The notes under the pieces: model-generated
What the model saw: the letters and a program-made list of their open reading frames with translations, nothing else
Databases searched by the model: none
What the model was told of the DNA's origin: nothing
In this document: in pieces, positions 38,701 to 48,029 of the stretch
Layout: every line of letters begins with the position of its first letter
How positions within the stretch are numbered: the first letter of the stretch is position 1
Position numbers and translations under genes: made by a program
Origin: Anaerolineae bacterium
GTDB lineage: Bacteria; Chloroflexota; Anaerolineae; UBA1429
DNA length: 64,000 bases
NCBI GenBank assembly: GCA_963675785.1
Contig: OY776562.1
Coordinates: 1,344,001 to 1,408,000 of the forward strand
Reading direction: 5' to 3'

Positions 38701-38967
38701 CCGCGCTACCTTCCCGAAGAAGACGGCGGCAAGGTGCACATCAACAAAAAGCAGTACTTTGAGGGTATCACCGAGGAAGCCTGGAGCTTTTACATCGGCG
38801 GTTACCAGCCCCTGCAAAAGTGGCTCAAAGACCGCCAGGGCCGTAACCTCGATTACGACGACATCTTGCATTATCAGCACATCGTGGTCGCCCTTGAGGA
38901 GACCATGCGCCTCATGGCCGAAATCGACGAGGCCATTGAAGATGCTGGCGGCTGGCCGCTGAAATAA
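35719..38967 (+). CDS. Single-polypeptide restriction-modification enzyme (type IIG/ISP-like N6-adenine methyltransferase with an N-terminal nuclease and C-terminal specificity region)
   Basis: PD...IETK nuclease motif, GVYYTP, LDPACGTGTF, GNPPY, YRPFD and IGGYQ..KWLKDR; TTG start after GAGGAG. Confidence 0.9.
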   Translation: MTALSDYCQSINAALVTGDATEHTHRSALQDLVKNLAPGLTVLNEPRHIACGAPDLVVRRGNTPVGYIETKDIGQDLSRTERSEQLKRYREALHNLILTDYVEFRLYRGGELAASASLGSLDSGNRLHRTRDGESAVMALFQQFLAAKAPTLGNAKELAEHMAALTRLLCATILKAYEDEEHDPNIEQHFHHEMAIFRRVLIHDLKPETFADMYAQTISYGLFAARCAHHAGTPFDRQSAIFDLPGTNPLLRSLFGRMAGPEIDPRIEWAVNDLAALLDRARMAEILRDFGQRSQREDPVVHFYETFLAAYNPKLREQRGVYYTPEPVVGYIVRSVHALLKGEFGLPMGLADTDTTTYANTNPTVQTAAGKPRKRVESPRVLVLDPACGTGTFLHAVVDEIQDELRSQGLAGAWPAYVADHLLPRLFGFELLMAPYTVAHLKLGLQLAESGYDVQDAHSRLNVYLTNTLEQPGDMEVLPLYGQALAAESREAAGVKSDLPIMVVLGNPPYSGNSANASYREVDGKRQFTPIGKLVHDYYYVDGHPLGERNPKYLQDDYVKFIRWAEDRVERTGAGVVAYITNHGYLDNPTFRGMRQHLMSTFDELYLLDLHGSSKRQEKAPDGGVDENVFDIMPGVTIALMVRRSGPHSVACAVYHADLYGQRQDKYAWLNAHDKNDTPWERLMPQSPFYRFVSVGHSASEYEALPSTTELFGVSVNGFKTHRDDFAIAFQRSDIEGRIRDLRDERLSDEALRTRYKLGTRYDLRSARKAIEANPVWERAVMCCAYRPFDERWCYYSSTVMDRPRRELFDHVVGQRNFCLSISRQQATVGFCHAIISVAPPNDCLISNVSREAGHAFPLYLYPQSDMLPGLEQPTAAPGGRRPNLDEKLIARLSRGLGLSFVPDGHGDLQATYGPEDMLHYIYALLYAPGYRARYADQLKIDFPRIPFTANVALFRTLCGFGDELCALHLLDSPALDTLRTRYPSSDGDNLVDKPRYLPEEDGGKVHINKKQYFEGITEEAWSFYIGGYQPLQKWLKDRQGRNLDYDDILHYQHIVVALEETMRLMAEIDEAIEDAGGWPLK

Positions 38968-39014
38968 GGGTAACATGAATTGCTACCAACAGACATTCTG
39001 TAGAGGGAGATAAC

Positions 39015-40673
39015 ATGGATAGAACGATACCCACAGAAGAGTCGATGACCGTTGAATTTAAAAGTGACCGTAATCGCCTGTCTGACCGAGATCTGATAGC
39101 GGCTGTCGTGTGCCTAACCAACACAGAAGGTGGCGATCTATACCTTGGCGTAGAAGCAGATGGCGAGATAACGGGGCTTAATCCTGCCCATCGCGATTTC
39201 TCTGGCCTTGCAGCGCTTATTGCCAATCACACCAGCCCCCCTTTAAGCGTGCGGGTACAGGCCATCGAGGAAAGTGGAAAAATCGTTGGGCACATTCATG
39301 TGCCGCACTCGCAGCGTATTGTAGCTACCTCAGAAGGCCTGGTTCAGAGGCGAAGGCTGCAAATGGACGGAACACCTCAATGTGTGCCTTTCTTGCCGCA
39401 TGAATGGGTCAGTCGACAAGCAGACTTGGGTACCCTGGATTACACAGCCATGCCTATTGAGGACGCAACCCCAGATGATCTTGATCCATTGGAGCGAATT
39501 CGTCTCAGGCAGATGATAGAGCGGTATGGTGGAGATCGATCATTGCTATCTCTCGATGATGAGCAATTGGACAAAGCGCTGGGCCTGATTCAAAGCACAA
39601 ATGGTCACTATAACGTTACTGTTGCTGGACTATTGCTCATTGGTCAAGAGGTTGCTCTGCGCCGCTATATCCCCACCCACGAAGTAGCCTTCCAAGTATT
39701 GGATGGCACAAAAGTGCGCGTCAATGAGTTTAGCCACAGTTCTCTTCTTAAGGGTTTTGATCGTATCATGACGCAATTCTTAGCGCGCATTGAAGAAGAA
39801 GAAATTCAGGTAGGCCTATTTCGTGTGCCAATTCCTACTTTTGACCAACGGTCCTTTCGTGAAGCCCTAGTCAATGCCCTTACCCATCGCGACTATACGC
39901 GCCTTGGCCCAGTTTATGTGCGTTGGACGGATCAAGAACTGGTGATTAGCAACCCCGGTGGCTTTGTGGAAGGGGTAACCTTGGATAATCTGTTAGTCGT
40001 TGAGCCAAAACCGCGGAACCCCATTTTGGCAGATGCCATCAAACGTATAGGTTTAGCAGAGCGTACAGGGCGCGGCGTTGACTTGATCTACGAAGGCATG
40101 CTGCGATATGGTCGACCAGCACCCGATTATTCCTATTCTGATTCAACAACAGTTTCGGTACATCTAACCAGTACCGCCGCCGATATTCCCTTTCTCAAAA
40201 TGATCTTACAGGAAGAACAACGTCTAGGGACCAGAATTCCTGTGCAATCCCTGATCCTATTGGCTCAGTTGCGAGAAGAACGAAGACTCGATGTAGTCAG
40301 GGCAGCAGCAGCCATTCAAAAGAATGAGGCGGCAACGCGCAGTGTTTTGGAACGGTTAGTAGAAAGCGGTCTTGTTGAAGCCCATGGAGCTACCAAGGGG
40401 CGCAGTTATACGCTCAGTTCTGCAGTCTACCAACGCATGGGGAAGACCAGTGATTATGTTCGACAAGTAGGCTTTGATCGTATCCAACAAGAACAGATGG
40501 TGATCAATCTAGTAAAAACAAAGGGTATAGCCAGGCGCCGCGATGTCATCGACTTGTGCAAAATTACTCCTCAACAGGCATCGCATCTGCTCAGGGGAAT
40601 GACTGAAAAAGGTCTTTTGCGCAAGTCTGGAACGCGCAAAGGGACATTTTATGAATCAGGCCCCAATATATGA
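39015..40673 (+). CDS. AlbA_2 (Schlafen-like) + HATPase_c_4 + wHTH protein
   Basis: VEFKSD, NTEGGDLYLGV, REALVNALTHRDY, NPGG, PRNP and ERTGRGVD. Confidence 0.88.
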   Translation: MDRTIPTEESMTVEFKSDRNRLSDRDLIAAVVCLTNTEGGDLYLGVEADGEITGLNPAHRDFSGLAALIANHTSPPLSVRVQAIEESGKIVGHIHVPHSQRIVATSEGLVQRRRLQMDGTPQCVPFLPHEWVSRQADLGTLDYTAMPIEDATPDDLDPLERIRLRQMIERYGGDRSLLSLDDEQLDKALGLIQSTNGHYNVTVAGLLLIGQEVALRRYIPTHEVAFQVLDGTKVRVNEFSHSSLLKGFDRIMTQFLARIEEEEIQVGLFRVPIPTFDQRSFREALVNALTHRDYTRLGPVYVRWTDQELVISNPGGFVEGVTLDNLLVVEPKPRNPILADAIKRIGLAERTGRGVDLIYEGMLRYGRPAPDYSYSDSTTVSVHLTSTAADIPFLKMILQEEQRLGTRIPVQSLILLAQLREERRLDVVRAAAAIQKNEAATRSVLERLVESGLVEAHGATKGRSYTLSSAVYQRMGKTSDYVRQVGFDRIQQEQMVINLVKTKGIARRRDVIDLCKITPQQASHLLRGMTEKGLLRKSGTRKGTFYESGPNI

Positions 40674-40848
40674 ATACATTCATAAAATATATAAATATGT
40701 TCATATATTTGGACACTATTCAATATATAAATCTGTCATCCTCTACAGTTAGTCTATCTCTATAGTTCTGACTTTCACCCACTCTAGAAATAGACTGTTC
40801 GTCTTTTGCCCTAAAGGAACCGTGTGGGGTCGCCTCCCTCTCACCCCC

Positions 40849-41637
40849 TCACTCCTCCGGCACATACACAAACTGACTCGCCGCATACAGCTCATTCAAC
40901 CAGGCAACCACCTCCGCCTCTGGCGGGGCGCCGGCCACATCGCCGGTGACCTCTATCATCTCCGGCGGCTCTGCCCCGGTAAAGCTGGTACAGCCCGTCA
41001 CCGTTCGGCTCTCCACATCGATCAGCCACACCTTCCAGGTTACTCGCAGGGCATCACCCGTCTTGAAAAGCCCCAACAAGCGGGGCTTGTAGGTTCCCAC
41101 CACCGCCGTCTCTTCCTGAATCCACACCAGCGTCGCGGCCTCATCGAACTGCTGAGCTGTTCCCTCCGTTACGAGCCCGTCCAGGGTTGAGATCACTGGC
41201 CCGTCATCCCCCGCAAAAGCTACCAGCATCTTGCCTGTGCAGGTATTGTTCATACAGCTATCCGGAAGCGCTACTGCTGCCATCACCTCGGTCACGCGCT
41301 GCGCCTCGGCCGTCTCTGCCTGAGTTACTACCGCTTTCTGCGCCGCCACCTCAGCCCGATAGCCGGGGCACACCAGCGTATAGGCCCCCAACAAGCTGAT
41401 CACCACACCCACCGCCGCCACACTGAGTGCGAATCCCCGCAGCACCTCTCCCAATCGAGACGACGTAACTAAAATACCAAAGAGCAGTACCGCTCCCGCG
41501 CCCGTGCCGATGTACAGGAACACATTAAAAGTGCCCCGCGCGGCGGAATGCCAGGCACACACGTCAAGCAACACGACGATGATCGCCAACAGGATGTAAA
41601 CCCACAGTCTACGCGTGTTCCGTTCAGACCGCATCAT
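40849..41637 (-). CDS. Membrane hypothetical protein
   Basis: Three N-terminal TM segments followed by a soluble domain. Confidence 0.65.
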   Translation of the reverse strand: MMRSERNTRRLWVYILLAIIVVLLDVCAWHSAARGTFNVFLYIGTGAGAVLLFGILVTSSRLGEVLRGFALSVAAVGVVISLLGAYTLVCPGYRAEVAAQKAVVTQAETAEAQRVTEVMAAVALPDSCMNNTCTGKMLVAFAGDDGPVISTLDGLVTEGTAQQFDEAATLVWIQEETAVVGTYKPRLLGLFKTGDALRVTWKVWLIDVESRTVTGCTSFTGAEPPEMIEVTGDVAGAPPEAEVVAWLNELYAASQFVYVPEE

Positions 41638-41725
41638 CTTTTTCCCTTTTCACCGTGGCGCTACCCCCACAAGCCCCCGCCGAACGCACGAGTCCCCTTA
41701 CCACGAAAAACATTATGTCTACTTT

Positions 41726-42961
41726 CTAATCGCTCCCCCACGAGGCAGAAGAAGCGTCGCCCGAATAGACAAAGGTGGTCACCATATAACCGTGAGTGCT
41801 CGCCCAGTTGCGCGCAGCATTTTCGAGTGCTGTGTTGTTGGAATTGAGGTACTTGCCGGCCAAGGCTGCATCGCCATAAGCGTCGAGCGCCTCGATCAAG
41901 ACCTCTTCCGAGCTCTCTTGGCCTTTTCGAATAAAGAAATCGACCGCGCCAGTTACGATGAACAAATCCCCTTGGTCAAAAGCCTCGTTCAACCGCTCTT
42001 CCGCCAAGGGGTCATCGGTCATGCCCAAGGCCGCGGCCGCATAGAATCGGGGACCTTCTGTGTCATCCACAATCGCAATCAACCGCTCGACCGCCTCAGA
42101 TCCCGCCTCCCCCAGGGCCTCTGCCGCCTTTTCCTGTAGGTCGGGATCGTCAGCATATAATAGATCGATCAACGTCGTAACAGCCTTTTCGCCGCCTATC
42201 CGTCCCAGTGCCGTGATCGCCGCATTATCACCTGCTTCTACCAGCACGATGAGCGCATCCACCGCGCGCTCGTCGCCAATATCCCCCAGGGCAGTAACCG
42301 CGGCAGAGCGTACCCCGTAATCCCCACTTTGCAGCAAAGGAATCAGAGACTCTACAGCGCGCACCTCGCCCGCATTCCCCAATGTTTCAGCCGCATACAT
42401 CTGGACAAAAACATCCTCATCCTGTAGCGCCGCAATCAGGGCATCCATAGCGTCGTCGCTACCAATTGCCGCCAGAGCAGCGGCGGCATTACTTTGCACA
42501 GCATAGTCCTCATCGCTCAGCGCCACAGCCAAGGCATCTACCGCCTCCTCAGCTTTGCGCTGCCCCAAAAGCGCCACTGCTCTGGCTCGCACACTACCGT
42601 CAGCATCTTGCAGCGCACTGATCAGCGCCTTTGTCGCTTTGTCTGTGCCAATCGTTCCCAGTTCCTCTACAGCCGCCAGGCGGGCATCGTTGTCTCCCTC
42701 TTGCAAAACAGCGGTACAAGTCTTAACCCTGCCCCACTCGCTTTCCGGGCCTAGTTGCGTGTAATAGGTAACCGCGATAAAGATCACCGCCATCAGTCCA
42801 GCCAACACGAAAATTAAAGTCCGATTCCGTTTCGCCTTGGCCATAGATTGCAGTGCCGCGGGATCGTCCGCATAGCGATCATAACATTCGCTACATGCAC
42901 CTACTTTCGCCCCACGAGAAGAACGATCGTACTGTTTGCCGCAAACGACACACCTAGCCAT
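41726..42961 (-). CDS. HEAT/PBS-lyase repeat membrane protein with an N-terminal Zn ribbon
   Basis: CVVC...CSEC, one TM helix, repeated ALxDxD..VR..A..ALG.IG. Confidence 0.85.
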   Translation of the reverse strand: MARCVVCGKQYDRSSRGAKVGACSECYDRYADDPAALQSMAKAKRNRTLIFVLAGLMAVIFIAVTYYTQLGPESEWGRVKTCTAVLQEGDNDARLAAVEELGTIGTDKATKALISALQDADGSVRARAVALLGQRKAEEAVDALAVALSDEDYAVQSNAAAALAAIGSDDAMDALIAALQDEDVFVQMYAAETLGNAGEVRAVESLIPLLQSGDYGVRSAAVTALGDIGDERAVDALIVLVEAGDNAAITALGRIGGEKAVTTLIDLLYADDPDLQEKAAEALGEAGSEAVERLIAIVDDTEGPRFYAAAALGMTDDPLAEERLNEAFDQGDLFIVTGAVDFFIRKGQESSEEVLIEALDAYGDAALAGKYLNSNNTALENAARNWASTHGYMVTTFVYSGDASSASWGSD

Positions 42962-43165
42962 CGACTCACCTCTACCCTGCACACGTCGGTGATAGAGCCT
43001 CTTTATCTCAATCAAAAGCCCGAACAAGCGCTTTATGCTGATATACCACAAACAAAAGTGTTTTGCACTTTCTAGAGAGATTGTTCAGTATGATTCCCAC
43101 ACAAAACAAAAACGCCCGGAGGAATCATCCTCCAGGATGATTCCTCCAGGCGTCCTTCAAACCCT

Positions 43166-43663
43166 CTACTTTAGCTTCACCGGCAGCCAAAACTCGCAAT
43201 CGCCGCTGGCCGTGGGCAAATACACCTCCAACTCGGGTGCGGCGGCATGTACATATCCCGATTCCGGCAACCACTCGCCAAAGGCGTACATCTCAGCGGC
43301 CACCAGGCTGTCTGGCAGGGTGTGCCCGCCATCGAACACCGCCCAGGTGCAAGCCGGAACCTCGCGCACCAGCAGCCCCAGCGTTCGCGCTTCCGCTATC
43401 GCCTCTGGCCCCAACTCAGCCGCGATCCAAAACCAAAAGGCTCTGTCCGCGGGATCCTCGTCCACACACGATACTCCCATCACCGCCGCGCCAGTGCAGG
43501 CGCCTGGCTCCGAGCCGCGCAAACGGGGCAGCTCGCTCAGCAGGCCCTCTTCACGAAACTGCGCCCAAAAGCTGCCGAACAGGCTGTTGTCCTGATCCGA
43601 TATCCAGGTGCGCTGCCCCGCCACCACAAAGCTATCCCGCTCCACCACACGCCACATCACCAT
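43166..43663 (-). CDS. GyrI-like effector-binding domain protein
   Basis: FVVAG, WAVF, EWLPESGY, PELEVY and EFWLPV. Confidence 0.8.
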   Translation of the reverse strand: MVMWRVVERDSFVVAGQRTWISDQDNSLFGSFWAQFREEGLLSELPRLRGSEPGACTGAAVMGVSCVDEDPADRAFWFWIAAELGPEAIAEARTLGLLVREVPACTWAVFDGGHTLPDSLVAAEMYAFGEWLPESGYVHAAAPELEVYLPTASGDCEFWLPVKLK

Positions 43664-43741
43664 GAGCACCCTCTTTAGCAGGAAAATGGCTGATCAATAT
43701 ACCTCATGCCAATAGCTGAGCCAATATTCTGGCCAACAACG

Positions 43742-44065
43742 TCAGTCCCTCACGTGGTGAGGCATCTCCGCCGGCAGCACAATCTGCATCTCCACCAACC
43801 CGGCAAACTCGCCATCCACATACCACGGCGATTGATCCACCAGCTTGCGCACCCCGTTCTTCTCCGTGGTATAAGTGTGGCGCTTGCCCTCGGCCAGCAT
43901 CTCCGCCACCATCGTCCGCGAAGGCTCCGGGTGGCAATCCAGAATATTCTGCCCCGTCAGGTCCCCCTTAAAGGCCGCCACCGCGGCGGCGTTCATGTAC
44001 ACAATCACTCCCGCCGTATCCGTCACCGTAATCACCGCCGGATGCTCCTTGGCCCAATCTAGCAT
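43742..44065 (-). CDS. Stand-alone PAS-domain protein
   Basis: ITVTD..G.IVYMN, ILDCHP and YTTEKNG.KLV.Q.PWY; AAGGAGG RBS. Confidence 0.8.
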   Translation of the reverse strand: MLDWAKEHPAVITVTDTAGVIVYMNAAAVAAFKGDLTGQNILDCHPEPSRTMVAEMLAEGKRHTYTTEKNGVRKLVDQSPWYVDGEFAGLVEMQIVLPAEMPHHVRD

Positions 44066-44365
44066 CATCATCCTCCTTGCCGGGCACCAAGCCGCCCTGC
44101 GCTCACCGGCACCACCCCGATGCGGGGGCGCGCCTCTGGCAGTTACCCCACCACCGACCACGATACGTTCCCCAGTCGGCGGGGCCAACCGTATTCGCCA
44201 GCCCCTTTATCCGCCCAGAAATACAGAGAACGCCCGGATACGCATCCGCGCGTTCTCTATCCACAACCGGCCAACCCTCTTGCCGGACATCAATTCTCTA
44301 TCTGCAATGTTGGGCTGAGTATATGAAGGATTGGCCCAAAGGCAAAATGACGAAAGTTAGGCATC

Positions 44366-44409
44366 TTGACACACCTCTCCCTTCTTTCTATAATAGAACA
44401 AATGTTCTA
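44366..44409 (+). promoter_or_regulatory. Consensus sigma70 promoter with a LexA (Cheo-type) SOS box over the start site
   Basis: TTGACA (44366)-17 nt-TATAAT (44389) followed by TAGAAC-AAAT-GTTCTA (44394-44409). Confidence 0.85.
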
Positions 44410-44424
44410 AGCAGGAGGTCGCGC

Positions 44425-44823
44425 ATGTACCAAAGCCTAACCCTCATCGGACGCATTGACGCCACCCCAGAACGCCGCATCAGCCGCTCTGGCCGTCATG
44501 CCACCGTCTTTTACCTGCTCATCGAGCAATCCATTCGCGAGGCCGACGGCAGCTTTACCAACGAGTCCGTCCGCTTTCGCGTGAGCTGCTTTGAGCCTCT
44601 GGGCGAATTCGTCTATCCCCTCTTGCGACAGGACGCCATGGTATTGGTGCGCGGCACCCTGGCGCAACCCCACGCTTATCGTGGGCGTAATGGGCGTTGG
44701 CAGGCTGGCCTCGATGTGCGTGCGCAGCAAGTGCTGGCGCTGCCGCTCTCAACAGACAAGCTCGCGCCCAACCCCATGGATGAGCATATTCAGGTGCTAG
44801 AGCCAGAAATACTGCTGTTCTAG
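44425..44823 (+). CDS. Single-stranded DNA-binding (SSB-like OB fold) protein, divergent
   Basis: AGGAGG RBS; LTLIGR...PERR, FRVSCF and VLVRGTL; 132 aa. Confidence 0.75.
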   Translation: MYQSLTLIGRIDATPERRISRSGRHATVFYLLIEQSIREADGSFTNESVRFRVSCFEPLGEFVYPLLRQDAMVLVRGTLAQPHAYRGRNGRWQAGLDVRAQQVLALPLSTDKLAPNPMDEHIQVLEPEILLF

Positions 44824-44935
44824 CGAGAAATCGAATCTCGCCCTTGCCTCATATCGCTCAGTTGATGCATAATGCGGCGGTCATCGCTGAAACGTTGTTT
44901 GTTGTTGCCAGCAGAGACCCAATAAACAAGAGGCC

Positions 44936-45499
44936 ATGTCTATGCAAGTTACATCGATTCAGTGCCCCAATTGCGGGGCACCCCTCAACATCGAGCCATC
45001 GCAAGAAAAGATCATCTGTGGCTCTTGCGGCTCTCTCTTGCAACTGACCACCGGCTCCTCGGGCTTTCTCATGGCCCGACTAGTGAGCATCGGTCAAGAT
45101 ACCAGCTTTATCGCCCGCACCCAGGCCACCGAGCGACTGAAAAAACAGGTAGAAGCGCTGCAAGAAGAACAAGAAACTTTGGAGCTAAATCTCCAACTCC
45201 CCTTTAAACCCGTATCCAAGAAAACTGTGCGCCTATTTCTTCTCCTCTCAATCGCTATCTCGATAGCCATCTTTTTAGCCGTTGAAAACAAGTGGTTCTG
45301 CCTTGCCCCGCCGTTCTTGACTCTGGGAGTGTTTGGTCTCATCTATGCATTCCAGGATGCGCAGCATACAGCAGCGTTAGAAAGGCTACAGAAAACCTAC
45401 GGCCCCAAGCTAAAGGCAGTAGAGCAAGAGATCTTCGCCAAACAAGCCCAGCTTGACAAGCTGGAAAACGACCTCGATACCATAGCTATGAGCTTGTAA
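44936..45499 (+). CDS. Zn-ribbon, two-TM, coiled-coil hypothetical protein
   Basis: CPNCGAPL...CGSCG, two TM helices flanked by coiled coils. Confidence 0.75.
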   Translation: MSMQVTSIQCPNCGAPLNIEPSQEKIICGSCGSLLQLTTGSSGFLMARLVSIGQDTSFIARTQATERLKKQVEALQEEQETLELNLQLPFKPVSKKTVRLFLLLSIAISIAIFLAVENKWFCLAPPFLTLGVFGLIYAFQDAQHTAALERLQKTYGPKLKAVEQEIFAKQAQLDKLENDLDTIAMSL

Positions 45500-45577
45500 A
45501 AATGCCTCGTGCTCATCCTCGCTCGCGCACAACAAAAAACGGAGAGGGTTTTCTCCCTCTCCATTCTTCTTTATTTC

Positions 45578-46399
45578 CTACTTTTGGCAGCCCTCGCAGT
45601 AATAAATGCTGCCTCCTAGATAACTGGCCTTTTCGATCGTGCCGCCGCACCGCGGGCAAGCCGTGCCCACCGTGTTCCTGCTGAGCAGCGTCCGATAGCC
45701 GCCGTACTCGCCGAACAGGTCCTTCTCAGTGTCTCGACCGCCCTTTTCGGTCATCTCCCGTAACACGCTCACCACCTTGTCGTACATCAGCCGCAGCTCG
45801 TCTTCCGACACCGCGCCCATCTTGCGCTTGGGGTGCACCCCCGAGAGATAGAGGATGTCCTGCAGCACGCCGTTGCCCAGGCCGGGAATCCGCTGCTCGG
45901 TGGCCAAAAAGGCCTTGGCCGATAGCTTGTCCTCACAACCGGCCCGCAGCTCGCGGAAATAGTCCCAGGTGAAATCATCGCCCAACGGCGAAGGCTTTTT
46001 CACCGACCCCAGATAATACCCGTTCTCCAACTCACCCGCTGGCGAGACAAAGATGCCGCCGTACATCTGCACCGTTACGGCCAAGGCTGTTTCATCGCTA
46101 AACGTCAACAAAAGCTGGTGCTTTTTCGGCAGCTCAGCCAGGTTCGCACAGTAGCGCGGATAGGCCCCATCGCTCAGCACGATGCGGTAATCCCCCGCCG
46201 CCATCTCCACCAGGCCGCCCCAGGACACGCTCTCGCCCATCGTCTTGCCTGAAAGAAACCCGTCATACGCCGCCGGGTCGCCCTCGAACCAGGCAAATTT
46301 GTGCGGCGATTGGTTAGCGACCACGCTGGCAATCGTCTTGCCCGCCACCGTCTGCGAAAGCTGCTTGGCCAGGGTGTAACTTTCCGGTATCTCTAGCAT
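45578..46399 (-). CDS. Fpg/Nei-family DNA glycosylase (endonuclease VIII-like)
   Basis: MLEIPE start, H2TH motif KAFL..EQRIPGLGNGVLQDIL and Zn finger CPRC...CEGCQ. Confidence 0.88.
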   Translation of the reverse strand: MLEIPESYTLAKQLSQTVAGKTIASVVANQSPHKFAWFEGDPAAYDGFLSGKTMGESVSWGGLVEMAAGDYRIVLSDGAYPRYCANLAELPKKHQLLLTFSDETALAVTVQMYGGIFVSPAGELENGYYLGSVKKPSPLGDDFTWDYFRELRAGCEDKLSAKAFLATEQRIPGLGNGVLQDILYLSGVHPKRKMGAVSEDELRLMYDKVVSVLREMTEKGGRDTEKDLFGEYGGYRTLLSRNTVGTACPRCGGTIEKASYLGGSIYYCEGCQK

Positions 46400-46570
46400 G
46401 GTGCACCCTCCCCTGTCGTCGCAAGAGAATCATTATGTGTATGATTTAGCTGAGTGAAAACTAAATTATAAAACGGAATAAATAACATAAAATCTTCAAA
46501 CGATCCACAAGTGACCAAAAAGTAAACAACTCATCCGTTATGAGTTCAGTGTCCCTTAGCATATATAAGT

Positions 46571-47701
46571 CTATACAGAAACGACATACCCTAAAGCCTC
46601 AGCCCTTGGATCATCCCAGCCAAGTTTTCTTTTAAATCTATTTAGTCCTGTCTGCCAAGGAAGGACTGAATCATGTTGTAATCGCCCAACTATTATCCCA
46701 GGAGCCACGCCAATCTTCCGAGATTCTTCAACTATCTTGCTTCGAGTATATCGCTCTATCCCAATAAGTCGCTCATAATCTAATGGTTCAATTAAGAAGT
46801 CTGAAGCGAATTTATCTGCTTGGCGTTCCGATTCATCTATAGAATCACACGAGGCATCGCTATTTTCAAGATAGGTCTCTTTTTTGGAATCATTGAGAAG
46901 ATGACCAGCTTCATGAAATAAAGTAAACCAAAGTTGATCATCCGTTTTGTAGCGAAAACTAAGAAGAATCAAAGCTTTATCGGGAGTCAACCACTGAGAA
47001 GCACCAGAGCATCTAGTCCCCTTGAACTGCTTTACAAATGCAAGAGCCACACCAGCAGATGCAAATTCGTCTTGAATAGCTTGAAGAGCGATAATTGGAT
47101 CTTCTTTCAAACTGAGTGTTCTAGCTTCGACTAGTGCTTGTCGAAAAGCTACCTTATCGTACGACTGACAAGCAAGCTCACGTGCAGCCAATTCACCAAC
47201 TTTGAGCCAAGCTGCCAAATGGGCAGCCTCAGAATCCCAAGCGCGAGCAGCTCGAAGCATTGAAGGTTTTGCTTGCCAGCTATTCATACAAGCACTAGGA
47301 GTATCACATTCATAAAACCGCAAAAGCTGAAGTAAGCGATCAACTGAGCTTGAAGCTCCCAAGATTATTCCCCTATTCACAAGCTCAGAGTAAGGACATA
47401 CTTTGACCCAAGCGACTTCTGTAGAAAGTTCCTTCCGTTTTTTAGCGCGTTCTGCAGAAGCATCATATTCAGCCTGAATGCGAAGCAAATACTCGGATTC
47501 GATTCCAAGCACATTCTCCAGCTTAGCCGCCATAGGGGGAGTCAGTCTAATGTGCCCATTTACAAGCTGACTCATTGTCTTTTGGCTCAAGCCAGCTCTT
47601 TTTGCGACATCACCTTGGCTCAAGCCTAACTCGCTTATTCTCTCATCAATGAGAAGGCCGATATTGCCAACGTAGATTGGAAAGAATTCATTTCTAGCCA
47701 T
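46571..47701 (-). CDS. HigA-like HTH antitoxin fused to an ImmA/IrrE (DUF955) metallopeptidase
   Basis: XRE-type HTH LSQGDVAKRAGLSQKTMSQLVNG; WFTLFHEAGH and E.QADKFA; AT-rich. Confidence 0.88.
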   Translation of the reverse strand: MARNEFFPIYVGNIGLLIDERISELGLSQGDVAKRAGLSQKTMSQLVNGHIRLTPPMAAKLENVLGIESEYLLRIQAEYDASAERAKKRKELSTEVAWVKVCPYSELVNRGIILGASSSVDRLLQLLRFYECDTPSACMNSWQAKPSMLRAARAWDSEAAHLAAWLKVGELAARELACQSYDKVAFRQALVEARTLSLKEDPIIALQAIQDEFASAGVALAFVKQFKGTRCSGASQWLTPDKALILLSFRYKTDDQLWFTLFHEAGHLLNDSKKETYLENSDASCDSIDESERQADKFASDFLIEPLDYERLIGIERYTRSKIVEESRKIGVAPGIIVGRLQHDSVLPWQTGLNRFKRKLGWDDPRAEALGYVVSV

Positions 47702-48029
47702 GATAATCCTCAATTCGGACGATCTGTATCGCCGTCACGTGCGCCCAATCCAAACTTCCATCAGTATGTTCTGGAATTGGGTCGTTTGCTGGTTCTAAAA
47801 TAAGCCGCTTACCGTCATCTAGACGTAGTGATAAGACGTGGCAATCGGGAAAGTGCCTCAATTCCTCAAGGTGGCCAGGCGCTGATTTCGCTTCTAGGAG
47901 ATTGTTGGCAGCCTTCAGTGTCATTAAACGTTGTATATACAAATCAAAACGTTTCTGAGGCCATTTACGTGGTCGACGCCCACTATCAGCGACTTTCCTA
48001 AGATCATCCTGTAAGAATTGTATATCCAT
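47694..48029 (-). CDS. HigB/RelE-like toxin
   Basis: MDIQF, LEEL, SLRL and IEDYHG; overlaps the HigA start by 8 nt. Confidence 0.78.
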   Translation of the reverse strand: MDIQFLQDDLRKVADSGRRPRKWPQKRFDLYIQRLMTLKAANNLLEAKSAPGHLEELRHFPDCHVLSLRLDDGKRLILEPANDPIPEHTDGSLDWAHVTAIQIVRIEDYHG

